Part shown: positions 51,135-52,529 of the stretch, piece after piece | Numbering within the stretch: position 1 is the first letter of the stretch | How the letters are laid out: each line of letters starts with the position of its first letter | DNA from: a virus | Lineage: Duplodnaviria > Caudoviricetes | Virus record (IMG/VR): IMGVR_UViG_3300035074_000056 | Span: 1-52,529 of that record | Direction: 5' to 3' (one strand) | DNA: 52,529 bases | The notes under the pieces: model-generated | What the model saw: the letters and a program-made list of their open reading frames with translations, nothing else | Told to the model about the DNA's origin: nothing | Databases searched by the model: none | Translations under genes and position numbers: made by a program

Positions 51135-51541
51135 CAGTCCCACCACCCTTGCCCGTAGCGGGCGATCTTCCGCCAAGCCTCGCCCCAGTGCCATTGCTCC
51201 TGCGTGTCGATACTGTCCGCCTGAGAGCGCCAGAAGATAAAGCCGGGATTCGGAACGCGCTTGGTTTTGATAACGCGCCCTTCCTCCCAGAAATCCACTT
51301 CGTAAGCATCCATGCCGGGGACATGCTCATAGCGATCGAAATGGGCGCAAACTTCCCGCATCCGTCGTGCGTCACGCGGCCCGCTCATCGTGTGGCCGTT
51401 TTCCAGCACCTTCGCCATGCGCCGTAGCTTGAATTGAATCATTCGCACCATGTACGCTTGATCCCAGTCCTCATCTTTCCAGAGGATAGGCAGCCATGCA
51501 GCGATTCTTTGAAGTTTCTTAATCATCTCTAATACTTCCAA
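51134..51541 (-). CDS. Hypothetical phage protein
   Basis: W.PILWKD.DWD..Y....FKL..M and C-terminal WWD. Confidence 0.65.
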   Translation of the reverse strand: MEVLEMIKKLQRIAAWLPILWKDEDWDQAYMVRMIQFKLRRMAKVLENGHTMSGPRDARRMREVCAHFDRYEHVPGMDAYEVDFWEEGRVIKTKRVPNPGFIFWRSQADSIDTQEQWHWGEAWRKIARYGQGWWD

Positions 51542-51605
51542 GCCTCAGTAATAACAGCCAAAATAGTGGTATACACAGCACCTGTGGCGATGATAATGGC
51601 GCGGG

Positions 51606-51866
51606 TCATGATTGAGCCTTTTTTAAAGCCAATCGGCCATTTATTGTTATTTGATAAACAGTTAGCTGCTTAACGGCATAACTGACTTTTTTTGCCGTCC
51701 TTTCCTCACGCAGAAAGCCCGCTAGTGCTAATTTCTTTAGTGAATAACTGATATTAGCCACAGAAGGAACACGCATAAACCTAGCAATAAGAGCGCCATG
51801 CATAGCATCAGAAGACTTGTTCAAAACCTTCAAAATACTGATATCGATATCTGTTAATTTTGTCAT
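51606..51866 (-). CDS. Winged-helix DNA-binding protein
   Basis: D..IL..L...ISYSLKKL...GFL...YQITINGR..L. Confidence 0.7.
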   Translation of the reverse strand: MTKLTDIDISILKVLNKSSDAMHGALIARFMRVPSVANISYSLKKLALAGFLREERTAKKVSYAVKQLTVYQITINGRLALKKAQS

Positions 51867-51943
51867 TCGCTCAAATACTCTCTATATAGCTCACTCGTTA
51901 AAATGGGGGGGGTGCCGGGCATTAGGCCGCCCGGCGGGGCCTG

Positions 51944-52529
51944 CTATGTGCCAGAGGGAGCGCCACAAGCAACAGCAATCTTTGCTTCGAACTCCTCAGC
52001 CCATTCCAGGGCGAGTTTGGCAAACTGGCTGTTCTCTGGTGTGTCGCCCTCTTGGATTGCCAGAAAGAACCGCTCAATCGGACGAACTGCGTTGGCAATT
52101 CCAAGGTCGTGATAATCAACACCGCGAGTCTTTGCGATGGTCCCCACTAGGCAACAGCACTCTCCGGTGTATGTTGATCCACTAACCTGCCCGTTGATGA
52201 GGGCCTGCTTCAGTGCCGGGATCTCATGGACCGCATCCAGCAGCACGATCCACATGTCATGCTTGATGGGATCGAGGTTGGCTCCATCGAGGCGGGCACC
52301 ATCGAGGCGGGCTCCATCGAGGTTGGCTCCATCGAGGTTGGCTCCATCGAGGCGGGCTCCATCGAGGCGGGCACCATCGAGGCGGGCACCATCGAGGCGG
52401 GCACCATCGAGGCGGGCACCATCGAGGTTGGCTCCTACGAGGTTGGCTCTTACGAGGTTGGCTCTTACGAGGTTGGCTCTTACGAGGCTGGCACCAACGA
52501 GGCTGGCACCAACGAGGCTGGCACCAACG
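51944..52529 (-). CDS. Pentapeptide-repeat protein, 3' part
   Basis: ANLDG/ARLDG repeats followed by a C-terminal domain (GQVSGSTYTGECCCLVGTIA...IERFFLAI..GDTPE). Confidence 0.85.
   Translation of the reverse strand, partial: VGASLVGASLVGASLVRANLVRANLVRANLVGANLDGARLDGARLDGARLDGARLDGARLDGANLDGANLDGARLDGARLDGANLDPIKHDMWIVLLDAVHEIPALKQALINGQVSGSTYTGECCCLVGTIAKTRGVDYHDLGIANAVRPIERFFLAIQEGDTPENSQFAKLALEWAEEFEAKIAVACGAPSGT

Noticed and set aside
52413-52529. 117-bp terminal identity as a biological direct terminal repeat
   Set aside because: It falls mid-gene inside a repeat array, and the HNH-terS layout points to cos ends near 11.9 kb; most likely an assembler overlap

Overview
This window looks like a complete, circularly assembled temperate siphovirus genome of about 52.4 kb: bases 1-117 equal bases 52413-52529, and a pentapeptide-repeat gene reads in frame across the join. 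It has a leftward early/replication operon (3218 down through the join to about 45.0 kb), a repressor/Cro-like switch, an attP core resembling the 3' half of tRNA-Pro next to a tyrosine integrase, and an accessory block. A long rightward late operon follows: HNH, terminases, HK97-type portal, S49 protease, capsid, head-tail proteins, tail and lysis genes. The striking feature is that about ten sugar-pathway genes are split into five blocks inside that late operon, often overlapping structural genes. They are PseB-, PseC/DegT-, two PseH-, NeuB/PseI-, PseF- and PseA/WbuX-like genes, an amidase, two oxidoreductases, and a candidate Maf/sialyltransferase-like transferase. The accessory virion proteins I counted are about 28-30% Ser+Thr, several show a biased S-T dipeptide, and four of the sugar genes share an identical AGGCGGAA-N3-ATG leader. 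My main hypothesis is a phage-encoded system that makes a pseudaminic-acid-type nonulosonic acid and O-glycosylates its own virion. All calls come from motif recognition by eye; no database searches were run.
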